DNA of 64,000 bases from Podarcis tiliguerta (taxonomy: Eukaryota), in NCBI GenBank assembly GCA_965153285.1, contig OZ229116.1, one strand, 5' to 3'. Every line of letters starts with the position of its first letter. Position 1 is the stretch's first letter. The position numbers were made by a program, and so were the translations under genes. The notes under the pieces are model-generated. The model did no database searches, was not told where the DNA came from, and saw nothing but the letters and a program-made list of their open reading frames with translations. This document shows positions 1 to 13,398 of this stretch, piece by piece.

Positions 1-3000
1 AGGTGGGGTGTGCAGAAAAGTACTTTCAATTCCGTGGCTGATGTAAAGATTAATAGCAGGTGGCCTTTTAGGAAACTTTCAGATTCATTCTAATGTTCCA
101 GTTGTTACGTCCATAATGAACAGATTTTTTCCACCCTGCCCTTTGTGCGCAATATGGGGCTGTAATTGAGTTCATATTTTTCACCCAACCTTTCAGCTGT
201 AATTAATATTTTATTATGTCAGATTTTATCACTAAATAGGCTAGCAGCAAGATATTGTGCCACACGGAGGAGTTTTTTTAAGGCACTAGTGACTTGCTGA
301 TGCCAAGCCGCTTTTTGAAATGACTTATGGTTGAGAGAACAAAAAGCACATTTATGGTACCCAGCTAATATTCCAAAGCAATTTATGACTGATCTTATCT
401 AGATCACAGCCAGAGCAAGAGAAATTAATGTTACAGAAACTGAATATTCATCACTGAAGATCTAGCTATGAAATCTAGCATATGTGGCACATTACAAAAA
501 AAATATTCTGTTTTTTCATTATTGCTTTTTATGAACAAAGTCTGGTTAGGTCAGGTGACTTTTCTGTAATAGGGTATCCAAGCTTTTCAAAGTGACATGA
601 ACCGTGAACACCTATCTAGTATAACAAATTTTAATGCAAACAATTACTGCTTCGCATACATTCAGGCTTGGATTTAATGCATTTGTTTCACTAAAATGCT
701 TGTTGGTTCTGTTCGTCTATAGTTTTCATGACGTAAAATAATCTAGAATATAAATTTTAAAGAATATTGACACAGGCGGAAAGTACTGATTTCATTGGGC
801 AACATCCAGTGGTGTCTGCTTGCTTGTGCATTGGAAATCTGCTTGTTTAACATACATGCAGTTTCTCTTCTGCCCCCTCTCAGCCCCAAAAATCTGCTCC
901 AGGGGGTCCCCTGCATCTTCCAAAGCAGATTTGGGATGTGAACATGCCTATAGGGCTGCAGGAGAAAGGAGAGATAAGAGAAGCACCAGTGTATGAGCAG
1001 ATGCCCACTTGCAATATATTGGATCTCACCCACTGGCCTAAATTTAGTGACAATTGATTTCCTTAATAATCAACCCATTGTAACTCAGTTCAGACATAAC
1101 TGACAGGTTCAAAAGACAGAGAAGAGGAACTAATTCCTTTTCTTCACCCTACACTGAATAAGTAATTGATACAGAAATGAAAATGTTACCATTTCTGTTT
1201 CCCTTTAAATAGACAAAAAGTTTTAAAGTACTAATATTTATAATTTCCACAGCAATCCTGCGTAGCAGGACAAAAATCGCAACTGTCAGGTCTATTGCAG
1301 CATGCCTTGGCAGATTTTGACTAGTTAACGGAAGCCGAGGGTTTCTATGCTAGGACAGTCCCCACTCGCATGGCCCATAATATGTTCAGAAGGGTGCCAC
1401 AGCACGCTTTGAAAGGCAGAACTGTGATATTTTCCTAGGCTGGGCAAATGAATTATTGCCACATTATTTGACATTACAATGTAGGTACTGGATTGTGCCA
1501 CTGAAAATCATTTTTTCTTGTATTTTGCTAAAACCTAGCATTCAGAAGAGATGTGCAGTGGCAAATATATGCAGCTTTTGAAGCTCCCCAGGCTCTTCTG
1601 CAATCAAGATATCATATAAATAAACAAGCATTTTCCCTCCCTGGAGAAGTGAATAATTGGTCTCACTCTCATTGTAAACGCCCTTCTGGCATCGTGCAGG
1701 GAAAAATACCTCCACCTTCCAGTGATGATCCACTCTCCTTTATAGGAGAACCATAGGGATTTCCTGTCTGTATGCATAGGAATGCTAAGGAAAGGCTTTG
1801 CTTGGATCTCTTTTTGGCAGAAAATCCCCTTTGTAAATAGTGACTTTTAAATCTTTGAAAATATTCATGTGAAACAGTTGGGCAGTCACAAAGAAGCTTA
1901 AGGGTTGCATGTAAAAACTAGATGCCATCCCTGCACTCTCCCTCCCTCTGGACTAGGACTCTGAAAATAAATCTTATCCTAGCTACTTGAGAGTTTGTAT
2001 TGGGCATTTATCTCTAGAGGCTGAAATTAAGCCATCTTTTATTTCCTCCTCCTGAAAGGCTACATGGGCATTTCGCCTTAGCTTTATTTGTGGAGTCGGT
2101 CTTTCTGTAGTAAACTAGAGGGGGAAATATTTTGGCCTCCTCGACTCTGCTTGCCCTGTTTCAGAGATTTATAGTGCCAGAGTTTGAATAAAGAGCATCA
2201 GCTTAATTCCAGTTGCTGCTGAATATATTACAATGCAGCTAAGAAAAAGAGCTGCAACGGTTAGTACTTGCAGCATATAAGCTTTTGAAGAGTGCAAATC
2301 CTAGTTTGCAGATATTGCTGGCAACTTGTAGTAAAAAAAAATATTCTGTGTTTTGAAGCCCTCAGGTAATGATTATTATGGAGTCTTCCCAATTCTCTAT
2401 AACTAAAATGTAATACCTAGTTTTTGGAATGTAAGTATTCCAATAAATGGCTTCAGGATGAACAAAGACAAAATGTCATCAAGTCACAACAGCAGTCGAA
2501 ACAACTCAGGCCCCCTCCACACAGGTTTTTGACAGTGTGTGTATTCAGCAACAACCACATACGCTTTCAATGTATGTTTTTAACAGTTATGTTCTGCTCC
2601 TCTTCCTGCTTCAGAAATGTTCTATTCTGCCACATTATTGACTATGCACTGTCCTCCTTTGACTCCACCCTATCCTTTGTTTGCCTTCCTCTTCATCTGA
2701 TTTTATTTTTTAATTAGGAGAAGTTAGTTGTGCTATGATGGCATACCACCACTCATGGTCTTTAGATTGAGTCATGGTGCCATATCACCCTGCCTGGTAT
2801 TCAGCAAGATTGAGCTGCAATTTTCAGAGCGTTCAAAAGGAGCACAGAATCACACACTTCTCTCTCTAGTAAAAAGAGGTATTATTTAGAGTTTGTGGGG
2901 ACTTTTCACCTTGTCCTGTTCCAGAGCCCTCTCCCAACCCCACATGTGTTGGAAAGGAGTGCTTGGAATCCTGCATTGGAGTGTTTTCTCTCTCCCAACC

Positions 3001-4913
3001 CTATTACCAGTCATTGTTCCTGGTTGCAACAGGTATTCACACCATTACTGTCCATTACTGCCTGGAAGTTGGTTCTGCTGTGATGCTATGCCTGCTCCTG
3101 GTCCCATATAATGACTCCCAGAGAAACCTGGAGAGGGAGAAAAGTGAGAGAGGCAGACAGGTGGAGAAAAGCACACACTTTGCCCCATCTTTTCCAAACC
3201 GACAAATTGCTACTTCTAGTCCAAGTGAGTTGATAAAATGGATTAACAAGGCCAGGCTTGAATAAGCAGCAGTCTCACAAGGGAAGACAGAGAGAAACTT
3301 GCCATGGGCAGCCTTTCTCTGCCTTTTAAGGTTGCATTACTTATTGGGGGCGGGTGGAATCAAGAGTCTGCTGGGATGAACAGCTGCATTACCGGACTTA
3401 ACTAGAAAAAAGTTGACACTAAAAAGATAAAGAGCACAATCCATCAGGAAATTGTCCTTCTCAAGCCTCACTGAAGTCATAGCAGTGCAAGACCTTACGT
3501 TGCAGTCTTCCCATTAAGGTCACCTGGACTTTTGCAGGAGAATGCCCCGCTGGATTGTGCCCAAAGAATCCTATAGTACCTTAAATGTCTGATCAGTCTA
3601 TTGTGGCAAGAGCTTTTATAAATAAAAGTCTACTTCATTAGATTTGTGAACTGGAAGGAATATTAAAAAAGCAAAGAAACGCAATGAGACCTAAGGACAG
3701 CACAAATGCAAATGAGACTTTGTTAATTATGTTGCATGAGACATGGCAGGGTGATCTGTGTTTGTTGCAAACCAAATGTAATTTTGCAAAAGCATTTGTT
3801 TCGTTGATCTGTTATTTGGGCACATTCTACCTTAGTGTGGGCTTTATTTCACATTTTAGTTAAAATGCAAAAGGTTAGGCTAATAGGCGCAATGTAACTT
3901 TAGACAATGGGAAGATATGGTTAACACACTGCAGGAATATTGAGATCTGGATCAGTGATGGGTTTTATCAAGCTTAAACCTAAAGATTTCTTTCTGGCTG
4001 GTGCTATATTATTATATATTACCAGGAAGCATTTCCAGCAGTGAGATTTACAGAAGGGTTTTAGATTATGACTGTAATTCAAAGGATCTTATAAATGTCA
4101 TTAGCAAGATGATCTCATTTATACACATTTAAAACATATAACTCATAAAATGCTGTCAGGTTATAGTTGACCCAGGTACTTATAACGTGTTAATTTACAT
4201 CAAGAAGAGAGTCCTGTGTGGAAATGGGGCAGTAGACAGGATTTAGCCATTTTTCATTACCACTTGGACTTTGATAAAGGGGAACAGAAAAGAGCTTTGT
4301 GACCTTTTGGTGCTTAAATTATTAAAGAGAAAATAGGTTTGAGGTCTGGTTGCTCACAAATCTTATTTGTCTTTTAGAGTAAAGATGAAAAGATATTTGG
4401 GGTTTGAAATTGCTCTAGTCAACTAGGTTCTTTCTTTAATGTGTCAAAGGAAGAATTCAAGCATTTAGAATAAGGTGTATATGGGGTATTGTGTGTAGAA
4501 TAACTAGTATGAGCTGTTCAGGATAAAACGCCCTGAAAGCCAATTCAATAATTTGAATGACGCATTATGAATGGATTCTACCTGTGTGATTAAGATCAGC
4601 TTTCAGTCAGGTTAATAAAATAACTGGACTTGTTATTAGAGCTTGTTGGAGTAAGAATTGTGCATTTTATTTTATTCTCTTGGTTGCTAGATCGGCAACT
4701 GTGGATTTTATCCAAAAGCAGTTAGTAGCAAGTAATTTGTTGGAGGTCAGTACAGTTGCCTATATTTTGCAATGGAGACAAATAGCAACTATATCAGAAC
4801 AAAGCTATTTCACTCTGGGCTAAATGTGGGAAAGTGTAATAGGCAGAGATTAACAGGACAATTCTATACTCCCATTTACACTGGTGAACCCTTGCATTGT
4901 CACGATGCTGATA

Positions 4914-5092
4914 CAGTCATACCTCGGGTTGAAGTTGCTTCAGGTTGAGCGTTTTCGGGTTGTGCTCCGCGGTGACCCCGAAGTAACAGAACACGTTACT
5001 TCCGGGTTTCGCCTCATGCGCAGACGCGGGTTGCGTTCGCTTCAGGATGCGAATGGGGCTCCGGAATGGATCCTGTTCGTATCCAGAGGTAC
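4914..5092. mobile_element. Degraded Tc1/mariner (Tigger-like) MITE
   Basis: TA then CAGTCATACCTCGGGTT at the left end and ...CCAGAGGTAC at the right. Interior resembles 38733-38949 (ACTTCCGGGTTT, GCGCAGA, CCGGAA.GGATCCTGT.CGTA). Confidence 0.75.
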
Positions 5093-5169
5093 TTAACAGC
5101 ATAACATATACGTATAACATATACATATACAGCATAACATATAACCCTAACTTCTAACAAAAAAGTTGT

Positions 5170-5658
5170 GTTGTTTAACATCTTTATAAACGGCTTGAAT
5201 TGAGGAGTGATCATCAAATTTGCAGATAACGCCAAACTGGGATGGGTAGCCAATGCTGCAGAAGACAGAATCGGAATTCAGTATGTCCTTAACTAACCTT
5301 TGTTAGTTTGGGCCCAAACTAACAAAATGAATTTCAGTAGGGACAAATATAAGGTTCTACCAGGAAGAACCAGCTCCAAAAATATAAGATGGGGGACAAC
5401 TGGACAACTAGGGGGGCTTGGTAGACCACAAGCAGCAGCAAAAAAAAAAGGGAAAAAAAGCTAATGCTATTCTAAGGTGGATCAACAGAAGTATAGTGTC
5501 CCAATAAAGGGAAGTCATAGTCCCGTTCTATTCTGCCTTGGTCATACCACACCTGGAGTACTCTGTCCAGTTCTGGACACCACAATTTAAGAAGAGTATT
5601 GACAAGCTGGAATGTGTGAAAATGAGGTTGACTGAGATGATCAAGGATCTAGAAACAA
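5170..5658 (+). mobile_element. Decayed CR1 LINE ORF2 (RT) fragment
   Basis: Encodes IKFADNAKLG (FADD-type RT motif) and HLEYSVQFW with frameshifts; homologous to the CR1 at 52354-53332. Ends approximate. Confidence 0.85.
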
Positions 5659-6268
5659 AGTATTCAGTTTTAGGCTGCATAAAAATAGACCTCTGCACAA
5701 ATATGTGAACATTTAGCAAATGTGAGCACTATTTCAGATCTTCAGTGCTCTCCCGTGATTGCAGAAATCGATTTGCAGCAGGAAAGCAGATTGGTTTTCA
5801 TTTATTGCTGAAATGTTCATGATTTCAGTTCTTCAAATGCACTGTGAGCAGAACATGCGAGAGTTGTTTTTTCTCATTCCAGTTTTAACATCTGGTATAT
5901 TAATAGTTGAACAAAGTGCTTACAAGCTACAGTGCAGGAGTTCCTTTTCAGGTTACCAATTGATAACCTTGAGCTATTTATTTTGGCTTCCAAAACGTAT
6001 GCTGTGTTTCTAGATAACTAACAAGTTGCAGTCAAACTTTTTAAAAAGGACCATGTTGATTAAAATATTAAAGGGTCCATAAACAATCATAAGCTTAGTT
6101 ATTAATTGATCAGATCACAAAACCAAAGTTTAACATAATATCAATTTAGAAAAAATAACTGAAACCTAAATATACAGCTTAAACATAAAATTCCCACTTT
6201 GCTGCCACACCAAGAAAGAATTAGACAAATAATTATGTGTGGACAGGGTGAATAAATGATTATCTATT

Positions 6269-7216
6269 TGTTCCCAGCCCAAGAACTGAGGAAAATGTCT
6301 CCCTCTTTGCTACGTGAACATTTATAATTGAAGTCCAACCTGCAACGTAGACCCACTGTCCTAAGGGCACCCACAATGCCACCAGACCTCATGCTATGGG
6401 TGATGACTCAAGTACCCTTACTCCCATAAATCCTCAGGATGACTGAGAATTAAATTATTATCTTTTCCTTACTTACCTGCATAATACAAATCAACAAAAA
6501 CTGTGTTAAGCTGGGAAGTAGGGGAAAATAGGGAGTCCCAAGTGTCAGTCATGGACCCCCCCCCCCAAATTATTATTCAGTGCCATAAAAGGCAGCTAGC
6601 TAAAGCCCATGCTAAAAAGGGAGGGAGGGAGGGAGGGTGCTGCAAAGGCAAATGGGAGGGAATAGAGGAGGCGGAACAGCCTTAAATACCAGGCTAATCT
6701 GATCCCTCTCTTTTTTTTTTTTTTAAAAAAAAGTTTTTATTTATACAACAAGAAAAAAGAAAAAAACACAAATACCAAATTACACACAAATTACAAAAAT
6801 AACCATAGACACATAATTTTCTTAGCAAACAATAAAACATCTATTGGTCTTAACACTAAAGACCCAACCTCCCGTCTATTCCATATTTCAAATTCATATT
6901 ACTTATTACCAATACACACTTTTATCATAATTAAACTTATTCTCAATAAATCTAATTTCTTATATCTACCTTGCAACTATTACTGAAGTTCCTCGAATGC
7001 TGCAACAGAATTTAAACTACTATATTTATTTTTCAGATATTCTTTGAAAACCTCCCATTTTGAAACAAATTTCTGTTTTGATTTATTCTTTATTTTTTCT
7101 GATAAACCATCTAATTCGGCATATTCAGAATAATCTGATCCCTCTCAATGGTCATCCCCAGTCTCTTTCCCCTAGGAGAGGGTAGGGCAAACTTGACCCC
7201 ATAACGAACGGGAACA
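6269..7216. mobile_element. Solo-LTR-like element interrupted by a LINE insertion
   Basis: Terminal inverted TGTTCCC...GGGAACA (TG...CA). Flanks CTATT (6264-6268) and CAATT (7217-7221) form a 5-bp TSD with one mismatch. Confidence 0.6.
6711..7130 (-). mobile_element. 5'-truncated L1/Tx1-like LINE 3' end with poly(A) tail
   Basis: Poly-T starts at 6711. Perfect 16-bp TSD TAATCTGATCCCTCTC at 6695-6710 and 7131-7146. Minus strand reads SEYAELDGLSEKIKNKSKQKFVSKWEVFKEYLKNKYSSLNSVAAFEELQ*, an L1-type ORF2 C-terminus (W..F..YL). Confidence 0.85.
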
Positions 7217-7767
7217 CAATTCCCTGGCAGTTCACAACATGCACATTTTAAAACAGTTACTAACAAGTAAGTCTCTGAGACCAGCTCACTACTGCAGTAT
7301 TCCTCTTATTTATTATTTTCCTGTGAATTTGACTGTCATACCGCTTCATTCAAACAAGGCAAATGGCGTAAAGTAGAATATTTATAGCCTCGTACCTACT
7401 TTCTGTTCACAAAAATATGTGTAGCACCTTTTATTACCAATGAAACATATATTTCTTACCTCGGAGTACTCAAGAGGACATCTTTCTAACCAGTTTATCT
7501 GTGAAATGCTTTAACAACTTTATGGTGTATACCATTTCCTTCTGTGTATTTAAAAAGTAAGAGACATGTACTTTATAGATGCAGTTCTTGAATGATAACT
7601 AATTTCACTCTGTTCCTTGCTTTCAAACATAACATATTTTATCATAAATACTGGGTTATGTGATTCAAAATTACATTTTGCATACTCTAAATTAACCCAG
7701 CATTACTTTTTTGTCTTTTCTTTCTCCTCCTCCACCCTCTCCTGTTTTTCATTTTTCATTGTTTTAG

Positions 7768-8041
7768 TGTCTACCAAATAGTGGTTGAGGAAGAGCGTCC
7801 TCGCAGAACCAAGAAAACAACTGAAATCCTGAAATGCTATCCAGTACCAATCCACTTCCAGAATGCTTCACTTTTGAACTCTCAGTATTATTTTGCAGCC
7901 GAGTTCCCGGCCAACAGTATTCAGTCTTCTCAGACTTTTACAATTGGTGACAACAAAACCTACAGTGGCTTCTGGAACACTCCTCTTCTCCCTCATAAAA
8001 GCTATAGTATTTATTTTCAAGCTGCCAGCAGAGCCAATGGG
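7768..8041 (+). CDS. PTPRM: PTPRM internal coding exon (274 nt): fourth fibronectin type III repeat region with the basic furin-type processing site
   Basis: Long pyrimidine tract then TTTTAG at 7762-7767; donor GG|GTAAGT at 8042. Translates (S)VYQIVVEEERPRRTKKTTEILKCYPVPIHFQNASLLNSQYYFAAEFPANSIQSSQTFTIGDNKTYSGFWNTPLLPHKSYSIYFQAASRANG, which I recognise as near-identical to mammalian PTPRM. Phase 2 in, phase 0 out. Confidence 0.97.
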
Positions 8042-9072
8042 GTAAGTTTTAGGACGTTGGTATGAAGCGATATTCATGTGTGAATAGACCACAGGTTGTC
8101 TAATTTTGGTGCCAAATAGACAATGGAAAAAAGAAATTGAATGTTTTTCTTTGCATAGTTCTGTATTGGCCAGGCCAGTCATTCTTGGGAGGGAAATGGA
8201 GCCAGTGGGAGGAAGCACATATTTCTGTCAATGGTTAAGAGCCTAGGCAATCATTCCTTACAAAATTATTGTCATTCTGTCCTCTTTTCGATCATGCTGC
8301 TCCTATTAAATGATTTTCGCTTTTATACTTGGCTTATTCTGCTGCATTATATTAGCTTGCATTGGCTTGTGCGCCCATTTTCAGTCTTGATTACCCTGAC
8401 TTAAGACACAAGCCTTTTCTCTCTCTCTCTCTTAAAGAGTTTAAAAGAAATAAGTTGATGGAGCCAAAGTGAAAAGTGCATAAAAGGTCCATCCTTTGCA
8501 GGTCGCTTTTAATCCAGCTTCTACATTCTAGAATTGTTTTCCATTTCAGGAGAGACCTACCCCGAGCCCTTCAACTCTTGATAAGCTTTGGCTGTCTCCC
8601 CTGACAGCAGGGAAATGTTTTCTGCCAAATAACATAATGGCCCCTCTTTTACAGTGCACTGACAGTGCAGAAATGTGAAACACCATTGATTTTTGTTTGC
8701 TTTCTTACATTGTCTAGCATGTTGCTTGGAACTGTGTAGCTGACTGTAAAGAAAAGAAAATATCCCAAGGTCAATGTGTTGTAAAAGGAGGGGGGTGGAA
8801 AGTACACATATCATGTCTAATAACATCTCATTCATCTTCTAGGTTAATATTAAGTGAAGTATTGATGTTACATGCCCAAGTGCATTTTCCTTTGGTTGTC
8901 CATAGCAGGGAAATACATTGACTAGTGTAGGAGGCTATTAAGCTTGAAACCAAACATGTAAAAGTTGGTACTGATTTTAGATCTTAGCAGTATTTTAAGC
9001 AGAAGCAATGTATTATATTCTTGCTGCGGATGTAAACTAGCAAATGACCTTTTCTTTCTTTATCTGGCATAG

Positions 9073-9109
9073 GAAACAAAAATTGACTGCGTCAGAGTGG
9101 CCACAAAAG
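9073..9109 (+). CDS. PTPRM: PTPRM 37-nt coding exon (ETKIDCVRVATK)
   Basis: Acceptor TTTCTTTCTTTATCTGGCATAG; donor AG|GTATGC at 9110. Phase 0 in continues ...RANG; phase 1 out. Matches the recalled PTPRM sequence ETKIDCVQVATK. Confidence 0.96.
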
Positions 9110-11235
9110 GTATGCTTCCCTTGTGTCTTCTTAGCCTTAAATCTGTCAAATTGTGTATCATAATATACACGGTTAAATACACATATCCAATTCTGCCATT
9201 TTAACGATATTTTTAAGTATTATTTATTTAAGTATAAGAGTAAGACAATGAATGGCTGAGTTTGTTTAATTTAAAAAGGTGGCGAAAGCCTAATTTCCAC
9301 TCATATTTCAATTGTCCAGCAAAAGTTTAAAAATAATTAGGAGAGTTTTCACATTTTTGGTGCAGAGTAGCTATGCCTATTGGTGCTCCTAAACATCAAT
9401 ATGCTAGGTTGAGAAAACAATAGTTATTTGTCATTCCTGTTGCTCACTCTACGATTGCAAGAAGTTTGCTTGAGCTTCCTCTCTCAATAAGGCAGTCAGT
9501 GGTTGAAGCACAAAATTTATGGTGGTCTGATGACCTCCATTTGTGACTGTGATATAACTGTTGGGCTGTTGTAATGAATTGTATATTAGGATTGTTCGTA
9601 AGTTTCATAGGCGAAATGTGATAGTCCATCTGCTTACATGGGTGGGGTTTAGGAACACATTACACTAGTGCTCCCCTGCAGTGACTTCCTGTATTTTTCC
9701 AAGTATGATTCAAGGTGATTTGTTTAAAAGGGGAAGTTTTACTTCTGAAGCCTTTCATGGCTTGAGCCTTAGGTACCTAAGAAATGGCTTCCTTTCATGT
9801 CCTCCAATGCAGTTTCCAAGCTCAGTTTCTTTCATCTGCATTCCCAGTATGACTAAGAAGTGTACAGCACAGACATTATTTGTTATTGCACCCTGTTTTG
9901 AAATTCCATTAATCTTGAGTTTCAACAGAGGTCAAACCTGATCACATTCAGGAGTTTTCATGATTCAGGAAGCTAATCCAAGTCTTCATCCCCTGATTTT
10001 GTGGGGCTGAATTGTGAAATGAAATACTGTTTTTAAAAAATAATGTCTTAAGTGAAGAAGAACTACCCACCACTAGTGTGGATTAGTTTCTTAAAAGAAG
10101 CAGGAAATATTTGACACAAAGCTTGATTACCGCTTGATTACCACATCAATAAGAAACATAAAGTTGGATCTAGACCTACCATTCCTTAAATGGAAGCTTT
10201 CCTTCGATTTGCAGAAGGGAGTTGCATCCACAGAGATTCCTGCTTTACCAACTGGATGCTCCCACTGGTGGACGGAGACAATCCCCACCACCTCCTACAG
10301 CACCCAGCAAGCTCCAGACAGAGAACAAAGAGGCAAAAATGGTCTCCTTGTGTTCTGCGCATAGGAGTGTCCATGAGAGTTCCATTCTGTGCAAATTGTT
10401 GCAAGCAATTATTTTAAGCAAATTTTGTAAATGAAGTCTTATGTTCAAAGATACTATAGTCTTATCAACCTCTTCATGCAAAGAGTATGCTCTTATCAGC
10501 ATGATTATATTGCTTCACCTCATTTTTAAAAGAATAATATAGGTAACTATTATTGGATGTTCTGCATGATGAATAAACATCCAATAGCCTACATACTGCT
10601 AGTTGTTTACTATAAAGCGTTACATCACCTCTACATTTTACCAATTATGTTTCTTCAATCAGTATATCATTCCCGGCCAAGCAGAATTTTGTCTAACTAT
10701 TGTTCTGGCACTTTAAAAATTAAAATAAAATAAAGTGGAAGAATCTGGTCCAGTTTATTATATAAGGCAACACTGGTTTAATAACATCACATGGCAACCT
10801 GTGGTTTAAATATTTAAAGATTATTCTGCCATTTATTTCACTATTTGATTGGATTAACTTTTTTACTTATTACATTTGGAAAAAGAGATCATATTTTCTG
10901 CAATGAGGTAGCTACCATAGCAACAGATGACATCAAACTAGCCTATTAGGAGAAAGGAAAGAAGGAAATTCGGCTTTTATTTAAATATGCAAGTTCATTT
11001 TATGTTGTGAAAGCATATTTGCCCACACTTCATAAAATCTCTGGGAAAACCATAGTATTATCAGAGACACCCACCCTGTGAGTTACTGGAAATAAGTGCT
11101 CTAAGCTGCATGTCAGGATTAAAAAGCTGCAAAACTTTCTAGGGAATCTTCTGCAAATGATTATTTTTAACACTGTTACCTTTATGAAGATATCTAGTAG
11201 ATATATCAATTTAACTAACTGCTAAATATCTAGAT

Positions 11236-11303
11236 CAGGCATAGGCAAACTCGGCCCTCCAGATGTTTTGGGACTACAATTCCCATCATCCCTGACCACT
11301 GGT
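11236..11303. mobile_element. Left half of a palindromic hAT-type MITE
   Basis: CAGGCATAGGCAAACTCGGCCCTCCAGATGTTTTGGGACTACAATTCCCATCATCCCTGACCACTGG matches one arm of the element at 21223-21358; the other arm is absent. Confidence 0.75.
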
Positions 11304-11309
11304 TAATTG

Positions 11310-12060
11310 GATTAAAAAGGCCACAACTTTATTGATTTTCAGATGTAGGCAAACCTTGGCATAGGCATGTGGCATGTATCCCTCTCAGCCCCCTGAGGGG
11401 GAACTGAGGGATGACAGGGCTTGGCTGGGTGGAAGGGTCCATCGCAAAACGCATGTTTACACAAATGGTAGGGGAAGCTCTGTGGTCCGTTGACCAACTG
11501 CTTCTGACTTTATGGACAGAGACTTCCCCTCAAGACCCCTTTAGCAGGGTACCCTGTAAACACCGCTACTGGTATGTGGGGGGGTCACCACTCCAATCCC
11601 CAAGGTCAGCAGATAGACTGCCCAAGGCCTAAACCGCCAAAGTCATGACTAGTGCTACGGGGAAGGTGAAACCTGACAATTGGAAAATTCCTGCCTAGCA
11701 AAGAACCACAGCGGTTTTAAAAAAAACAAAACCATCATAGCAAAGCCCTCTAAGCTGGAAAGGAAAGGGTTAGAAGATAAACAGAAAGACAACAGCAGTG
11801 CTAAAGGGTGGGCAGGGTGGGTGACACTCAGACAGCCCGGTCAGCCTTATTATATGCCTGGGGTGCGGACCTGAGTGGAGCCTGCAAAGCCCAGGCCACC
11901 ATGGATAGGCTTAATTCAAATGGGGTTGACGCTTCCCACAATGCTCCACGGTGGCCAGGGAGGAAATCCCAATGGTTGGGGCCACGTGGCGAGGCTCTAG
12001 GGCCAATGGAGGTGCCATGGCAGGCCACAACCACCACTTACCGTGGAAGAGGGGTAAGCA
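11310..12060 (-). mobile_element. LTR-like repeat related to 21568-22351
   Basis: Shares GGCCACAACTTTATT (AATAAAGTTGTGGCC on the minus strand), ...TGCTACG... and GGAAAATTCCT.CC blocks with 21568-22351; GC-richer than its flanks. Ends approximate. Confidence 0.5.
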
Positions 12061-13398
12061 GCTTTTAGCTTAGATTGGCGTATTAGGTTAAGCTAAACTT
12101 TCACAATATTTCTGCCTATCAAAAAAAGAGACAGAAACATTGACATGACAAGTCATGACAATAGTGGAATGTACACGTTAAAGCATAGAACGTTACATAG
12201 CTTACAGTGGAAGAGCAATATGTGGGCAGCAACTAAATACCCCAGGGAGACGCACAGACTTAAAATGGTGTCAGATACCTGCTTTGGGTGCCCCAATGGT
12301 AAGAAGCATTGAAATACAAGTTGTATCTCAGATTATCAAATATTTGCATATTTGTAAAAAAAACCAACCAAGTCTAGTGGCTCTCATATCAACAAAGAGA
12401 CAGGTGGAGGTTTCTAGATTAGTAAATAGGGATTCAGTGTGTAGTAAGGCAGGTAGCAAGTGATGCCAAATTTGAAAACAGCAGCTTGTCTGGAAGCTGC
12501 TCTGACAGACGGATGGAATATAGCAGAACCCACCTTTCAGGTGTTCCTAAGGAGGCAGTTATAAGTGGTACTGCGTTCTCCACACCTCCCAGTTGCAGTG
12601 TTGTAATTGATGGTTGTGCCTACTAAGCAGCCCAGACTTGAATCTCATTTTGTCTAATGAAAGCATCTCCATCTCTTGTTGAAAGTGAGCATTTGTCAAT
12701 CTTAATTAGTGAGATGTATTGTTATCTCACAGGTTGAATTTGAGAAAGTCAGAAATAAAAGTATTGGAATCAAGAGACAATTCACCAGTTGAGCTTTCTA
12801 CACACAAACTCTGGTATTAGCTTTCTTTGCTTTCTGGTTAGCAGCTGACTCCCAAGTTGAGAGAGGTGTTTATTATGTAGAGCAGCACAAGGACAATGAT
12901 GATAATTAAAGTGAGTCAACAATTGGAAAGTATTTATTTGAATGTGCAAATAATTTAATGTTTATAACCACTAATTTCAGTGCCAGTGCCCATTTCTGTA
13001 TCTCCTCATAGTTTCCTACTGAGGCAGTCAGTCATGCAACAAAAGAGTAGACAAATGGACAGGAAAAAAATCCTACACATTAAATATATTATGAGGGATA
13101 GATACCTTTGGAACCACCAGAAATACAGTTGCTGTGTGAGCTAGAGTGTATCTGAAGATGTACACCTCTGTAAACCTCTGCTTTGTAACTTGCATAGTCT
13201 GAACAACCTGACCCCTAAATTGTTATGACTATGCTGAGCAGCATCTCAGGCACAAGCAGCACTCGGGACATACAAGATTTTTCCAAAGATCAAAAGGAAG
13301 TATGAAGGCTTAAACTGGAGATGAGCAGGTGGAAACGTCAGACATGCCCTCTGCCCTCTCATCTTCCCATGTTGATCAGGAAGGTCTAAAGGGCACTT

